Shown here: piece by piece, positions 25,430 to 38,375 of the stretch | How positions within the stretch are numbered: position 1 is the first letter of the stretch | How the letters are laid out: each line of letters begins with the position of its first letter | Source: Mobula hypostoma | Taxonomy: Eukaryota | Direction: 5' to 3' | Length of the DNA: 64,000 bases | Assembly (NCBI RefSeq): GCF_963921235.1 | Contig: NC_086097.1 | Coordinates: forward strand, 8,866,001 to 8,930,000 | Translations under genes and position numbers: made by a program | Notes under the pieces: model-generated | Databases searched by the model: none | The model's input: the letters and a program-made list of their open reading frames with translations, nothing else | What the model was told of the DNA's origin: nothing

Positions 25430-26412
25430 TTTAGAATTTGTGGGGAATTGTTATGTCACCTAAAACATTTGTAAATTTCTACAGATGTATCACGGACAGC
25501 ATTCTAACTGGCTGCACACCGTCTGGTATGGTGGTGGGGGGAGAGTGGGGCAACTGCACAGGATCAAAGTAAAATGCAGAAAGTAAAGAATTCAGTCAGC
25601 TCCATCATGGGCACTAGCCTCCGTAACATCCGGGACATCTTCAAGGAGCCATGTTGCAGAAAGGTGGCATCCATCATTGCGGACTCCCATCACCCAAGAT
25701 GTGCCCTCTTCTCACTGTTACCATCAGGTAGGAGGTACAGAAGCCTGGAGGCACACACTCAGCAATTCAGGAACAGCTTCTTCCCCTCTGTCATCTGATT
25801 ACTGAATGGACACTGAACCAATAAACACTATCTCACCACTTTTTTCATTTCTATCTTTGCACCACTTATTGCAAAGCTAGTTTGAGTTGCTGCCCTCAGA
25901 GGGGTAGCTGGATCCCAATGCTTCCAAGATGTTATTGAAATTCTGAGGTATATGCATTGTAGTTCAAATTAACTGTAGTTCATATTGGCCTCTTTCAGTA
26001 CTGTGTTTTCTTTCGTGTTCTTGCCCATTTTTTTTATATGAATTGGCGGGCTGGGGTTTTGGGTGAGTTATTAGTTTTTGTGTGAGGGAGGAGTTGGGGA
26101 AGTCTAGGATTGCAAGTTTTCTTTTCTTTTACTATTCCTGGGGAAGGTGGATTGATAACTTCCATCCAATTACTTCTTTCATTTTCTGTAATCTATGGCT
26201 ATCTGGAGAAGACAAGTTTCAGGGTCGATAATCAAATGAACCTTTGAAGCTTTGAAGCTTATTTAATTTATGAATTATATATATATTTACTGTAATTCAG
26301 CTTTTTTTCTTTCTTTTCTATTATAATGTATTGCACTGTACTGCTGCCACAGAAAGTTAACAATTTTCACAACATATGCTGTTGATATAAAAACCTGATT
26401 CTGATTCTGATG
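25430..26412 (+). mobile_element. Rex1/Babar-type 3' fragment (interrupted)
   Basis: ORF 25574-25798 (...HPRCALFSLLPSGRRYRSL...FRNSFFP); (ctgatt)n tail at ~26395-26412. Confidence 0.75.
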
Positions 26413-26807
26413 TGGGGAGAGAAATAATTTATCCAAGCTGTGTAACAGCTTCTTCCCTCAGGCTGTGAGATTAATCAATACCCTGCCACCACCGAGGTCT
26501 CGTCACTAGGGCAGTGAGATGTTTACTGTTCACTGCCTTCCTCTGCTGCACACTACATGCATTTTAAACTATATTTTGTTAACTTATTTATGTACTATCT
26601 GTTTTATATGTTGTGTGTGATATACGCTTGTGGGTGCACTGTGGTCCGAAGCAGCGTTTTGTTTCATTTGGTTGTATATATGTACAGTGAAATTACAATA
26701 AACTTGAACCTGAATGTTTCGGGTCAAAGATCTTCCATCAAAGCCTAGTACAGCCTACCTATCCACAGATGCTGACTGATCTGTTGAGAATAAGTCAGCA
26801 CGGTAGT

Positions 26808-29390
26808 GTATTGAATTGACTTCATTACTTACATCCTTCATATACATGAGGAGTAAAAATGTTTACGATACGTCTCTGTGTAAATGTGCAATGTGCAACT
26901 TACAGTAATTTATAATAAATAGATTGTACAACAGGGCAGTCAATATAACATAGAAATACAGTTGCATCAGCGTGAATTAAGCAGTCTGTTGGCCTGGTGG
27001 AAGAAGCTGTCCTGGAGCCTGTTGGTCCTGGCTTTTATACTGTGGTACCATTTCCCGGATGGTAGCAGCTGGAACAGTTTGTGGTTGGAGTGACCCGGGT
27101 CCCCAATGATCCTTCAGGCCCTTTTTCACACCTGTCTTTGTAAATGTCCTGAATAGTGGGAAATTCACATCCACAGATGTGATGGGCTGTCCACACCTCT
27201 CTCTGCAGAGTCCTGTGACTGAGGGAACTTAAAGCTCTTCGCCCTCTCAACTCCAGACCCACTGATGTCAATAGGGGTTAGCCAGTCTCCATTCTTACTG
27301 TAGTCCAGCTCCTTTGTTTTTGTAGCATTCAGGGAGAGGTTGTTTTCTTGACACCACCGTGTCAGGGTGATGACTCATTCTCTGTAGGCTGCCTCGTTAT
27401 TATTTGAGATTAGGCCAATCAGTATAGTGTCGTCAGCAAATTTAATTAGCTGATTGGAGCTGTGGGTGGTGACACAGTCATGGGTATACAGAGAGTAAAG
27501 GAGGGGGCTTAGGACACAGCCCTGAGGGGCACCTGTGTTAAGGGTCAGAGGGTCAGAGGTGAGGGAGCCTACTCTTACCACCCGCCGATGATCTGACAGG
27601 AAGTCTAGGATGCAGCTACACAAGGCAGGATGAAGGCCATAGTCTCTGAGCTTCTTGTCGAGCCTGGAGGGAACTATGGCGATGAATGCTGAACAGTAGT
27701 CCAAGAACAGCATTCTCACATAAGCATCCTTCTTCTCCAGATGTGTAAGGACGGTGTGTAGAGCTGTGGCTATTGCATCATCTGTCGATCGGTTGTGTCA
27801 GTAGGCGTCCAGTGTGGGTGGCAGCATGCTGCAGATGTAATCCTTGACCAGCCTCTCAAAGCATTTACTTGTTAGTGAGTTGAGTGCCAGTCATTCAGAT
27901 ATGTTACCTTGGTCTTTTTGGGTATAGGGACAATGGTGGATGTTTTGAAGCAGGAGGGCACTCTACATTGGGAGAGGGAGATACTAAATATTTCTGTAAA
28001 CACACCTGACACTTGTGCTGCACACATCCTGTGTACCTGCACTGGGATGCTGTCCAGTCCGGCAGCCTAGTGACTGTTCACTCGTTGGAAACGCCTGAGT
28101 ATTTCGGCCTCAGAGATGACCAAGGCTGCAGGTCACATCATCGGCTCTCCTCGGGAGCTCAGTGTTGGTGACATCGAATCGAGTGTGAAAAAGATTTAGC
28201 TCATCTGGAAGCAAGCACTGACGCTGGAAACTCCACTGCGTTTGGCTTTGAACTCTGCGATGGCGTGCAGCCCTTGCCTTAAACTGCGTGTGTTGTTGGT
28301 GGAGAGTTGTGTCTGGATCTCGTCCCTGCATTGTTATTTTGCTGCCGTGATAACTTTGTGTAGATCGTAGCTGCATTTCTTGAGTTCCTGTTGGTCACCG
28401 GCAACGTCAGCTCTGTGTCGCGCAGTAAATGCTGATTGCTCAGAACTGTTCATCCAAGGTTTCCGGTTTAAATAAACCCTGACTGATTTCCGGGGGACAA
28501 CATCCTCGATGCACTTCCGGATGAAACTTGTGACCCCATCCGTGAATTCTGAGACATTCTCATCAGGGAAGACATTCCAGTTAACGTTATCAAAACAGCC
28601 CTGAAGCATGGAGACTGATTAGTTGCACCAACAGTGGATGGTTTTAACTATGGCCGCCTCTTGTTTCAACTTCTGCCTGTACCTCAGTAGCAGCAAGATG
28701 CAGAAGTGATCTGATTTTCCAAATGGTGGGTGAAGGAGCGCTTTGTAAGCATTGTGGAAGAGAGAGTGGCAGTGGTCGAGTATGCTGGCTCCCCATGTGC
28801 TCACCTGGATGTGTCGGCAAACTTCGGAGAGACTTAAGTCAGCCACGCTCTATTAAAGTCACCAGGGACGATGAAGGCAGCCTCCAGGTGTACAGTCTCC
28901 AGGGTGATGATGGTCTCGTACAGTCCATTGAGAGCCAGGTCAGTATCAGCCTGTGGCAGAACGTACACAGCTGTGGACTCCCTAGGCAGCCAGAAAGGTC
29001 TGCACACCAGCACAAGGTACACCAAATCAGGGGAACAAAAGGATTTAAGGCCATGCACGTTCTGGGGGTTGCACCAAGCATTATTGACCATAAGCATTCC
29101 CCACCTCCTTTACTCCTCCCAGTGAGTTTTTTGACCTATCTGCGTGGAACAGGGAGAATCCGAGGGCTCGATGGCATGATCCGGCATCTCCTCCATCAGG
29201 CAGGACCCCATAAAGCACAAAATGTTACATTCCCTTGTTTCCCGCTGGTGGGGATTCTGGGTCTCATTTCGCACAGCTTATTGCCCAGAGATTGAACATT
29301 AGCCAGGACTACGCTAGGGATCAGTGGCCGGTTAGCAACCTATCTCAACTTCTCGAAGATGTCAGCCCTTCTCTCTCACCTCCAGTGCCA
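26808..29390 (-). mobile_element. Rex1/Babar LINE, long degenerate copy (APE + RT)
   Basis: RT: RMLFLDYCSAF...TGAPQGCVLSPLLYSLYTHDC...LIKFADD (27375-27719). APE remnants: CRPFWLPRE...VYVLPQA...GDFN and LDHC...FGKSDH. Many frameshifts. Confidence 0.9.
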
Positions 29391-29461
29391 CTGTAGAGGT
29401 TAGCACAATGCTTTATAGTACAGGCAGCCTTGGTGTAATTCCCGCCGCTGCCTGTAAGAAG

Positions 29462-30315
29462 TGTTACGTACCCCGTAACTGGGTTGCCAAACCAGCAGAA
29501 ATGGATCACTCAGTTGGAGTCTGGAGTACTAGAACTAAGAAAGTTTTATTAAAGAAACAAGCAACACAGTAATCAAAAGGATAATAAATGCAACAGTTCA
29601 ACAATGATAACCACACATGTGCACAGAATTAAGATAACAGCATCAATCAAGCTCTATCGTTGTCTAGGGGTAAATGACCAAATTTCAAAGTGACTCAAAG
29701 TTCAGTCCAGTTTAGTAGTTCAGTTCGCAGTAATCGTTGCCATGGATGGACAACGTGCGGGGAGAGAGAGAGAGAACAGGAACAACTATTCATACACGGC
29801 TTCACTCACAGACCGGCGATATGGCTCACAAGCAACTTTTGGGCGGGTCCTTGGTGATGTCACCTGAGGTCACCGACTGTGACCCCTCCTCCAGATGCGG
29901 TCGATCCTCTGCAGTGAACCCGGCACCCAGGCAAGGGCGGACACACACCGGGTTCCCGCTGATCGTATCTTTCCACCCTGGCCGTTGTCTGGTACTTCTC
30001 ACCGACTCGTGAGAAGCGTACCGCTTCCAGGGTCTCGTTACCTCGGGTGGCGTGTGTCTTGCCTTAGCGAACCTGTCCCTTTTTATCCCCCTGCTGGGGC
30101 ATCGCCTGTCCACCACTTCAAACAGTTCAGGGTTCAAAGTGGAAGCCGCTCCCGACAGCCCTCTCTCCCACGTCCCTTCATTACACATCTCCAGACGCTG
30201 CTCCATTGTTCCTTATCTCTCCTTCCCCTGAGGGCAGGTGGCAGACCAACTGCTGATACCACTGATGCTAGCCCAGGCCAGCAAACATCTTAATTTTATG
30301 TGTATTCTCGTCACA
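29462..30315 (-). mobile_element. Solo LTR, same family as 24445-25303, 854 bp, nested in a tRNA SINE
   Basis: tgttacg...cgtcaca termini; 4 bp TSD gaag (29458-29461, 30316-30319). SINE halves lie at ~29392-29461 and 30320-30522. Confidence 0.9.
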
Positions 30316-30523
30316 GAAGTTTGTACATTCTCCCCGTGACTGCGCGGGTTTCCTCCGGGTACTGTAGCCTCCTCCCACAGTCCAAGTTGGTACGGATTAG
30401 TAGGTTCATTGGTCATTGTAATTTGTCGCGTGATTAGGCCAGGATTAAATCAGGGTTTGCTCGAAGGGCCAGAAGGGCCCATGCTGCAATGTATCTCAAT
30501 AAATAAAAATAAAATAAATAAAA

Positions 30524-31187
30524 GGGGAGGAGAAGATGGCGGTGTGATGCAGCGCGCGCGGCCACTCCGAATTGATATTGTATTTGTAAGTAGGAGCCGT
30601 GCACAATCCTGATTTGATGGAGACGGACGTGAGAAGCACAGAGGAACATCTGGAGAAACTCCTAAAATGCCTGCTTCGCTTCTGCTGCTACTGTGCATTC
30701 GAGAATCTCCGAAGGGGAAGGCCCCAAATCCTCGGCTTTGCCTGTTGCTTGGTTGCCGGGGCTGGGGTCGAAGCGCTCGGCAGAGATGGTACTCGGTGCT
30801 CGGTGTCGGAGGGCTGGTCGGAGGCTCGAAGTTTTCAGACGGACTCAGAGTCGGACTGTGGTTGGGTGCTTCCAGGGTGCTGAATCGGCAAGTTTGTGGC
30901 ACTGGAAGCTCATGGTAGGGAGAGTTTCTCCCTTCAACCATCTGCATGAGATGATGGGACTTTCGAGAGACTTTGAGACTTTTTTTTACTGTGCCCATGG
31001 TCTGTTCTTTATCAAATTATGGTATTGCTTTGCACTGTTGTAACTGTATGTTATAATTATGTGTTTTTTGTCAGTTTTTCAGTCTTGGTTTGTCTTGTGT
31101 TTCTGTGATATCATTCTGGAGGAACAAATTGTATCATTTCTTAATGCATGCATTACAAAATGACAATAAAAGAGGACTCATAATCTA
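30524..31187 (+). mobile_element. Family A, copy 3, inserted in the SINE A-rich tail
   Basis: GGGGAGGAGAAGATGGCGG start; gaggactcataatctaa end. Confidence 0.85.
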
Positions 31188-32261
31188 AAAAAAAATAAAT
31201 TTCTAGCATTTTCAACTTTATTTATCCAAATTAACTCTTTGTGTTTTCAGAGATCTTCCAGAGGTGTTGACATTCACTCTGCTATGTGCTGAACCGAGGC
31301 TGACAATGTGGTCTGCTCCAGCTACTCCAGGCTTTGTGTCTGAGGACTCACTTTCATTCTAAATGCTATTTGCTTACTTTTATTGTTTGCATGATTTGTC
31401 TTGATTTTTTCTTCTCTCTGCACATTACGTTTTTGTTGTTTTTTTTTAGTGGGGTCTTTTGGGTTTCTTGTTTAGTGGCTGCCTGTTAGGGGGTGGTATC
31501 CACTGCTTCTGAAATCTTATGAAACACGCCAGGGCAGTGAAACTAAATATCAATAGTTTATCATGAAGCCATGTTGCTCTATGAATAGACTAAAACAGAA
31601 TTGAAATTTATTGTCATTGTTCAAGACAACGAGATTGTGGTGCTACCCTATTATTGCAAAACACATTTAAAATGAATGCAGTACATCTTAATTAAAAGTA
31701 AAACTTCCATATTTACATGCAACACGTGAGTTCGATCATCCATAACACTCCACGGCCACCGGCAAGCTGGGTGGTAGCATTATGCAGCTGTGGAACAGCC
31801 CTCAGGAAGAAACTGTTTTTCAGTCCTACCGCCTTGGCTAAAATGTTTACGTATCTCCTACCAGATGGCAGGAGATTTGACAGTCAGTGTCCAGGATGGG
31901 TTGTGTCTTTAATGATGTTACAAGCATACTGCAGGCATCAAGAGTTGTAGATTGTTTGCATGCCCGATAGTTGAGTCCCAGTGATGTGCTAAGTCATCCT
32001 AATTACCCATTGGAGTGCTTTGTGATCTGTTTTGCTGCAGCTAAGCTACCTCTATAAGTCAGTATGCTCTCTACCATATGTCAATAAAAGTTGGTCACCA
32101 ATGTTTGGGGCAGGTTAGCTCTCCTTAAGCACCTAAGGTAGTATAGTTACTGGTTACCTTTGTGCTTCCCTACTATCGAGGTTGCGTTGATGGACTAAGA
32201 GAACTGGAGACACGTTCCGGCTTCTGCAGCTCGTGGCTCCCTGGGGTACATTTATATTTTT

Positions 32262-32542
32262 TGTGTTGTGGTAGCGCGACAGTATTACGGCTTGGGGCAT
32301 TACTGAGTTCAGAGTTCAATTCCGGCACCATCTGGAAGGAGTTTTCATATTCTTCCCATGAGCGGCATTGGTTTCCTCCGGGTGCTCCCACAATCCAGTG
32401 ATATACCAGTTAGTAGATTAGCTGGTCATTGTAAATTGTCCTGTGATTAGGCTAGTATTAAATAGGTTGGTTGTTGGGTGATGTGGCTCATTGTGCAAAA
32501 AGGGCCTGTTCTGTGCTGTATCTCTAAATAAAATAAATAAAT
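32262..32542 (+). mobile_element. tRNA-headed SINE
   Basis: tggtagcgcg A-box-like and gagttcaattccgg B-box-like motifs; core ggtttcctccgggtgctcc; tail (taaaa)n. Confidence 0.75.
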
Positions 32543-32543
32543 A

Positions 32544-32878
32544 GAGCAACACGTGCAAAATGCTGGAGAAACTCAGCAGGTCAGGCAGCATCTATGGAAA
32601 TGAATAAACAGTCGACATTTTGGGCCGAGACCCTTTATCAAGGACTATCAGACGTCACCTGAGATGCTGCAGATACTGGAAATCGTGAGTAACACATACA
32701 AAATACTGGAGGAACTCAGCAGGTCAGGCAGCAACTATGGAGGGGAATAAACAGCTGATATTTTGGGCTGAGTACTGTCCAAACAAATATTCCATTCATA
32801 GATGCAGCCCAACCTGCTGAATTTCCCCAGTGTTTTGTGTGAGTTGCTCCAAATTTCCAGCATCAGCTATTTGTTCTT
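32544..32878. mobile_element. Cluster of PLE arms: one single arm plus one fold-back
   Basis: Two tandem minus arms (32544-32646, 32662-32772) followed by a plus arm (~32790-32878). Hammerheads are decayed. Confidence 0.75.
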
Positions 32879-32881
32879 GTC

Positions 32882-33648
32882 GTAGTCATAATCATAGTCA
32901 TAGTCATAGTCATACTTTATTGATCCTGGGGGAAATTGGTTTTCGTTACAGTTGCTCCATAAATAATTAAATAGTAATAAAACCATAAATAGTTAAATAG
33001 TAATATGTAAATTATGCCAGGAAATAAGTCCAGGACCAGTCTATTGGCTCAGGGTGTCTGACCCTCCAAGGGAGGAGTTGTAAAGTTTGATGGCCACAGG
33101 CAGGAATGACTTCCTATGACGCTCTGTGTTGCATCTCGGTGGAATGAGTCTCTTGCTGAATGTACTCCTGTGCCCAACCAGTACATTATGTAGTGGATGG
33201 GAGACATTGTCCAAGTTGGCATGCAACTTGGAGAGTATCCTCTTTTCAGACACCATCGTCAGAGAGTCCAGTTCCATCCCCACAACATCACTGGCCTTAC
33301 GAATGAATTTGGTGATTCTGTTGGTGTCTGCTACCCTCAGCCTGCTGCCCCAGCACACAACAGCAGACATGATTGCACTGGCCACCACAGACCTGTAGAG
33401 CATCCTCAGCATCATCCGGCAGATGTTAAAGGACCTCAGTCTCCTCAGGAAATAGAGACGGCTCTGACCCTTCTTGTGGACAGCCTCAGTGTTCTTTGAC
33501 CAGTCCAGTTTATTGTCAATTCATATCCCCAGGTATTTGTAATCCTCCACCATGTCCACACTGACCCCCTGGATGGAAATAGGGGTCACCGGTACCTTAG
33601 CTCTCCTCAGGTCTACCACCAGCTACTTAGTCTTTTTCACATTAAGCT
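32882..33648 (-). mobile_element. Young Rex1/Babar-type LINE 3' end
   Basis: ORF 33041-33415 (YRSVVASAIMSAVVCWG...HPLH...RHRKSFLPVAIKLYN); (ctatga)n tail. Near-identical to 36572-37140. Confidence 0.85.
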
Positions 33649-33769
33649 GTGACTCTAAAATTGGCATAGAACTTTTTTTTTTAATCCGCTTGCACTCCAT
33701 TCACGTAAAGATTCTTTCTGATCAGGATTTTGCTAGCCAATTTTATATTAGGTTATTTCCACACCTCCA

Positions 33770-34188
33770 CGAGTACCACAACTTTGTTGTAGGGTTTGGA
33801 GGCTTGTGTGCCTCAATGGCCCGAAGAACTATTTTGGGTGGAGTCAGGGCTTTATGCTTTGGCTCTCGGTAGGGTCACCCAGGCCAAACAGGTCAAAGGG
33901 GAGAGGCCCGACTAAGAGTGGTCCACCAGTCCTCCAGGTTTGGAGGTTCAGCTCAGGGCTAACAACCCTGACTGGTATAACTAAATTGTTATGGAAGCAA
34001 CAATGAAGAATCCTTTGACATCTGAATGTGTCGGTATTTCAAAATTTCCACCTGGGACTTGTATGACTGACAGTGGTGAAAACCAAGATGAAGCTACTGA
34101 ATCAGTGAAGGAAGCCCTGGACACCACAAAAGAAGAAAGACCTTCATTGCTGCCTAAATGTAGGCAGCATAATCGGCTGTAATTTATT
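33770..34188 (+). mobile_element. Bipartite RTE-derived non-autonomous element
   Basis: RTE-like 5' motif cctccaggtttggagg...gggctaacaaccctgac joined to an RTE-like 3' end (ttcattgctgcctaaatg). Reverse copy at 43945-44370. Confidence 0.7.
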
Positions 34189-34464
34189 TCCAATCTTTTG
34201 ATTCCCTCATTGACAGTGAATCTTAAAAGGCTACAAAATATCATATGGTAGTGATATGTACTGTATGTGAATTGTGGTATTTTGTGAAATGTTCAAAGCA
34301 TTCAAAATTGACGCTTCAAATTGATTTGAAACAGAAATCCGTTCCGCAGGTTGATGAAACTGCTTCCAGGTGCCAATGTAAAAGATGAGAGAGGAATATA
34401 CCATTAACAGGGTTAGATAATGCTATATTTATAACTGATGCTTCTTAAGGTTTGTATTTATTGA

Positions 34465-34718
34465 GTCCTTTGGCCCTTCGAGCTGCACCACCCAGCAAAT
34501 CCCTGATTTAATCCTAATCAAATCAAGGGACTATTTACCACGATCAATTAACCTATCAACTAGTTCATCTTTGAACTATGGGAGGAAACTGGAGCATCCA
34601 GAGAAAACTGGTGGTCACAGGAAAAACATACAAACCCCTTAGAGGCCGTAACAGGAATTGAAACCAGATCATTGGTACTGTAAAGCGTTGTGCTAACCAC
34701 TACACTACTATGCAGCCC
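34465..34718 (-). mobile_element. tRNA-headed SINE, diverged
   Basis: Reverse complement of the SINE head (gtagtgtagtggttagcacaacgctttacag) and core. Confidence 0.65.
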
Positions 34719-34869
34719 ACTGTATAAGAGTGAAAAATTTACAAATGTGATCTCCCATTCTACCTAACAATAACCTTGCTCAATATAATCTGAAGTATTA
34801 AAGACTTGACATCCATTTTTATTAAAGCTCACTCCCGAACACACGCTCTCAAATACTAAGGATTCTCAC

Positions 34870-35599
34870 AATACACATCAAAGTTGCTGGTGAATGCAGC
34901 AGGCCAGGAAGCATCTCTAGGAAGAGGTACAGTTGATGTTTCGGGATGAGACACTTCGTCAGAACTAACTGAAGAAAGAGATAGTAAGAGATTTGAAAGT
35001 GGGAGGGGGAGGGAGAGATCCAAAATGATAGGAGAAAACAGGCAGGGGAGGGATGGAGCCAGGAGCTGGACAGGTGATTGGCAAAGGGGATATGAGAGGA
35101 TCACGGGACAGGAGGCCCAGGGAGAAAGAAAGGGCGGGGGGGTAAACCCAGAGGATGGGCAAGAGGTATAGTCAGAGGGACAGAGGGAGAAAAAGGAGAG
35201 AGAGAGAGAAAGAATGTGTGTGTATATAAATAAATAACAGATGGGGTACGAGGGGGAGGTGGGCATTAGCGGAAGTTAGAGAAGTCAATGCTCATGCCAT
35301 CAGGTTGGAGACTACCCAGACGGAATTGTTTCTCCAACCTGAGTGTGGCTTCATCTTTACAGTAGAGGAGGCTGTGGATAGACATGTCAGAATGGGAATG
35401 GGATGTGGAATTAAAATGTGTGGCCACTGGGAGATCCTGCTTACTCTGGCGGACAGAGCATAGGTGTTCAGCGAAACGATCTCCCAGTCTACGTCAGGTC
35501 TTGCCAATATATAGAAGGCCACATCGGGAGCACCAGACGCAGTATATCACCCCAGCCGACTCACAGGTGAAGTGTCGCCTCACCTGGAAGGACTGTCTG
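34870..35599 (-). mobile_element. 5'-truncated Neptune-like Penelope element: GIY-YIG pseudogene + 3' UTR + hammerhead
   Basis: My translation from ~35598: RQSFQVRRHFTCESAGVIYCVWCSRCGLLYIGKT*RRLGDRFAEHL...VATHFN...H...LRLEKQ/FRLGSLQPDGMSIDFSNFR*. 11 bp TSD aggattctcac (34859-34869, 35600-35610). Confidence 0.9.
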
Positions 35600-36169
35600 A
35601 GGATTCTCACTTTTTTTTGCCGATTAGTTCTGCTTTATTTTCACAATTTTGAAATTTCTCTCATCCAGAAGACTTAAAAATAGTTTTTAGGATCTGTTTC
35701 TTCCCAACACAGATTGTTGGGACAATTCCCACGGAATTTTCATAAAAATTTAACTCCACTTTCCAACAAAGTACACTATCCGTACATGTTCCATATGGTA
35801 GCATTTTATATCCATCTTCCTTCTTTGTATATTAGTCCTCTGACAGTGGTTCCTCTTAGTGGATTGAAATTGTCACCTCAGGCCCTTGAGTACAAATCAA
35901 AATTCAAGCAGGGTCAGCGTTTTCACAGTAGGAAAATCATACTTTTCAGGCACTGCTATTTTAGATGTTAGCAGGTCAGTGATGGTCTAGATTGGTCTGA
36001 CCTTCTGACCCAAGTACTTAAAAGGTCAAAAAGCATGAAGATGCACTTCTCAATGGTCAGGAACACAGCAAATATGAGAATCTTGTTGAACTGAATGGGT
36101 AAGGGACGTTAGAATCTCTTTATATTTCCACTTTTTGCCAGCATATTAGGTCAAGGATGTGTATTTAGC

Positions 36170-37600
36170 TCACTGCTCTACTCTCTGTACACCCACGGCT
36201 GTGTGACTAGGCACAGCTTAAATGTCATCTATAAATTTGCTGCTGACAGAACTATTGTTGGTAGAATTTCAGATGGTGATGAGAGGGTGTAGAGGAGCGA
36301 GATATATCAGCTAGTTGAGTGGTGTTGGAGCAACAACCTTACACTCAGCATCAGTAAGACCAAAGAACTGATTGTGGACGTCAGAAAGGGTAAGATGAGG
36401 GAACACACACCAGTTCTCATTGAGGGATTAGAAGTGGAGAGGGTGAATAATTTCACATTCCTGAGGGTCAATATCTCTGAGGATCTATCCTGGGCACTAC
36501 GTACTGATGCAGTTACACAGAAGACACAACAGCGGCTATATTTCATTAGGAGCTTGAGAAGATTCGGTATATCATAGTCATACTTTATTGATCCCGGGGG
36601 AAATTGGTTTTCGTTAAAGTTGCACCATAAATAATTAAATAGTAATAAAACCATAAATAGTTAAATAGTAATATGTAAATTATGCCAGGAAATAAGTCCA
36701 GGACAAGCCTATTGACTCAGGGTGTCTGACCCTCCAAGGGAGGAGTTGTAAGGTTTGATGGCCACAGGCAGGAATGACCTCCTATGATGCTTTGTGTTGC
36801 ATCTCGGTGGAATGAGTCTCTGGCTGAATGTACTCCTGTGCCCACCCAGTACATTATGTAGTGGATGGGAGACATTGTCCAAGATGGCATGCAACTTGGA
36901 CAGCATCCTCTTTTCAGATACCACCGTCAGAGAGTCCAGTTCCATCCCCACAACTTTACTGGCCTTACGAATGAGTTTGTTGATTCTGTTGGTGTCTGTT
37001 ACCCTCAGCCTGCTGCCCCAGCACACAACAGCAAACATGATAGCACTGGCCACCACAGACTCGTAGAAATCCTCAGCATTGTCCGGCAGATGTTAAAGGA
37101 CCTCAGTCTCCTCAGGAAATAGAGACAGCTATGACCCATCTCTATTCAACATAGAGACCCTCTATCAACAAAGACACTTGTAAATTTCCACATATGTACC
37201 GTGGAGAGGATTCTAACTGGCCTCGTCACTGTCTGGTATGGTGGGGGGGGGCGCGGGGGGGACACAGAACAGGATCAAAATAAGCTGAAGAAATATGGAA
37301 ACTGATCCAGCTCCATCATGGGCGCTAGCAGCCCCAGCATCAGGCCATCTTCAGGGAGAGATGTCTCAGAAGGTCGGCGGCCATCACTAAGGACCCCACC
37401 TCCCAAGGCATGCCCTCTTCTCATTGCTACTATCAGGGCGGAGGTACAGGAACCTGAAAGCACACATTCAGTGATTCAGGAACAGCTTCTTCCCTTCTGC
37501 CATCAGATTTCTGAATGGACATTAACCCCTCATTACTTCTTTAATTTTAACTTCCACAATATGCACAGATGAAATTGAACATAATTCTGATTCCGATTCT
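36170..37600 (+). mobile_element. Rex1/Babar RT fragment with a nested younger copy at 36572-37140 (-)
   Basis: SLLYSLYTHGC...IYKFAAD; FLRVNISEDLSW...QQRLYFIRSLRRFG. The host resumes at ~37165. Confidence 0.8.
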
Positions 37601-37687
37601 GTTCTCGAGTCATGGAGTCACAGAGCATACAAACAGGCTCCTCAACCCATCTGGTCCATGCTGGCCAAGATGCCAATCAAGTTAGTC

Positions 37688-37973
37688 GCTGCCTGGCAAA
37701 GGAAGCCATTGAAATAAAACAAGAGAAAAAGAATTTTAACAAAGATTAAGGTCTTGCTCAGTAAGAACTAAAATTCGATTGTAAACAATGTGGAAGAGCG
37801 GAAGGCTGATTGGATGAGGGCCAACCAATCAGGAGGGGCAGATGACAGGCGGTATATATACCACCAGACTAGACATGCCTAGGCATCATCCTTATAAAGA
37901 TGGCAGAATCTGTCATCAAAATATTGGTTAAAATCAATACCTGTACCCAGCTGGAAGCCCAAGAAGAGTTTAT
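37688..37973 (+). mobile_element. Second PLE family (Poseidon/Penelope-like) 3' end with decayed hammerhead
   Basis: Remnant CLAKEAIEIKQEKKNFNKD*GL resembles the KEAIEI...NRDEG GIY-YIG end; TATA-like tatata; decayed hammerhead at 37889-37928; TSD tcaag(t/c)tagtc (37677-37687, 37974-37984). Confidence 0.7.
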
Positions 37974-38076
37974 TCAAGCTAGTCCCATTTGCCAGAGTCT
38001 GGCTGATAACTTTCCAAACCTTTTTGCTACCATTAATTCTAAATATTACTTATTCATTAACTTGAGATTATTATAA

Positions 38077-38333
38077 TGTAGTGTGAAGGGTTAGTTTAAT
38101 TTTCGGTCAAAAGTCGCCAGTTGCCGATTGGCCTGTTTGAAAGATGCAGCATGTCTTTCCTATTGGTTGCCTTGTGTGCCATGGCACTGGAATCCAGTTT
38201 CAGGGACCTCAGGGTATATGAAGAGCACGTGAGAGAAACTGGTTGATTTCTTCTTTTTCTTCAGGGGCTCCTCTTCACACTGTCGTGACCAGAGTTGAAG
38301 AACCTTTGGGAAAGTATGCTGCAGATGTAGAAG

Positions 38334-38375
<42 letters not shown>

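Noticed and set aside
24445..30315. One composite element with ~855 bp terminal inverted repeats
   Set aside because: Each LTR has its own different TSD, and the interior consists of unrelated LINE pieces.
32262..32330. tRNA gene
   Set aside because: Only A/B-box-like remnants, continuing into a SINE core and tail; no full cloverleaf.
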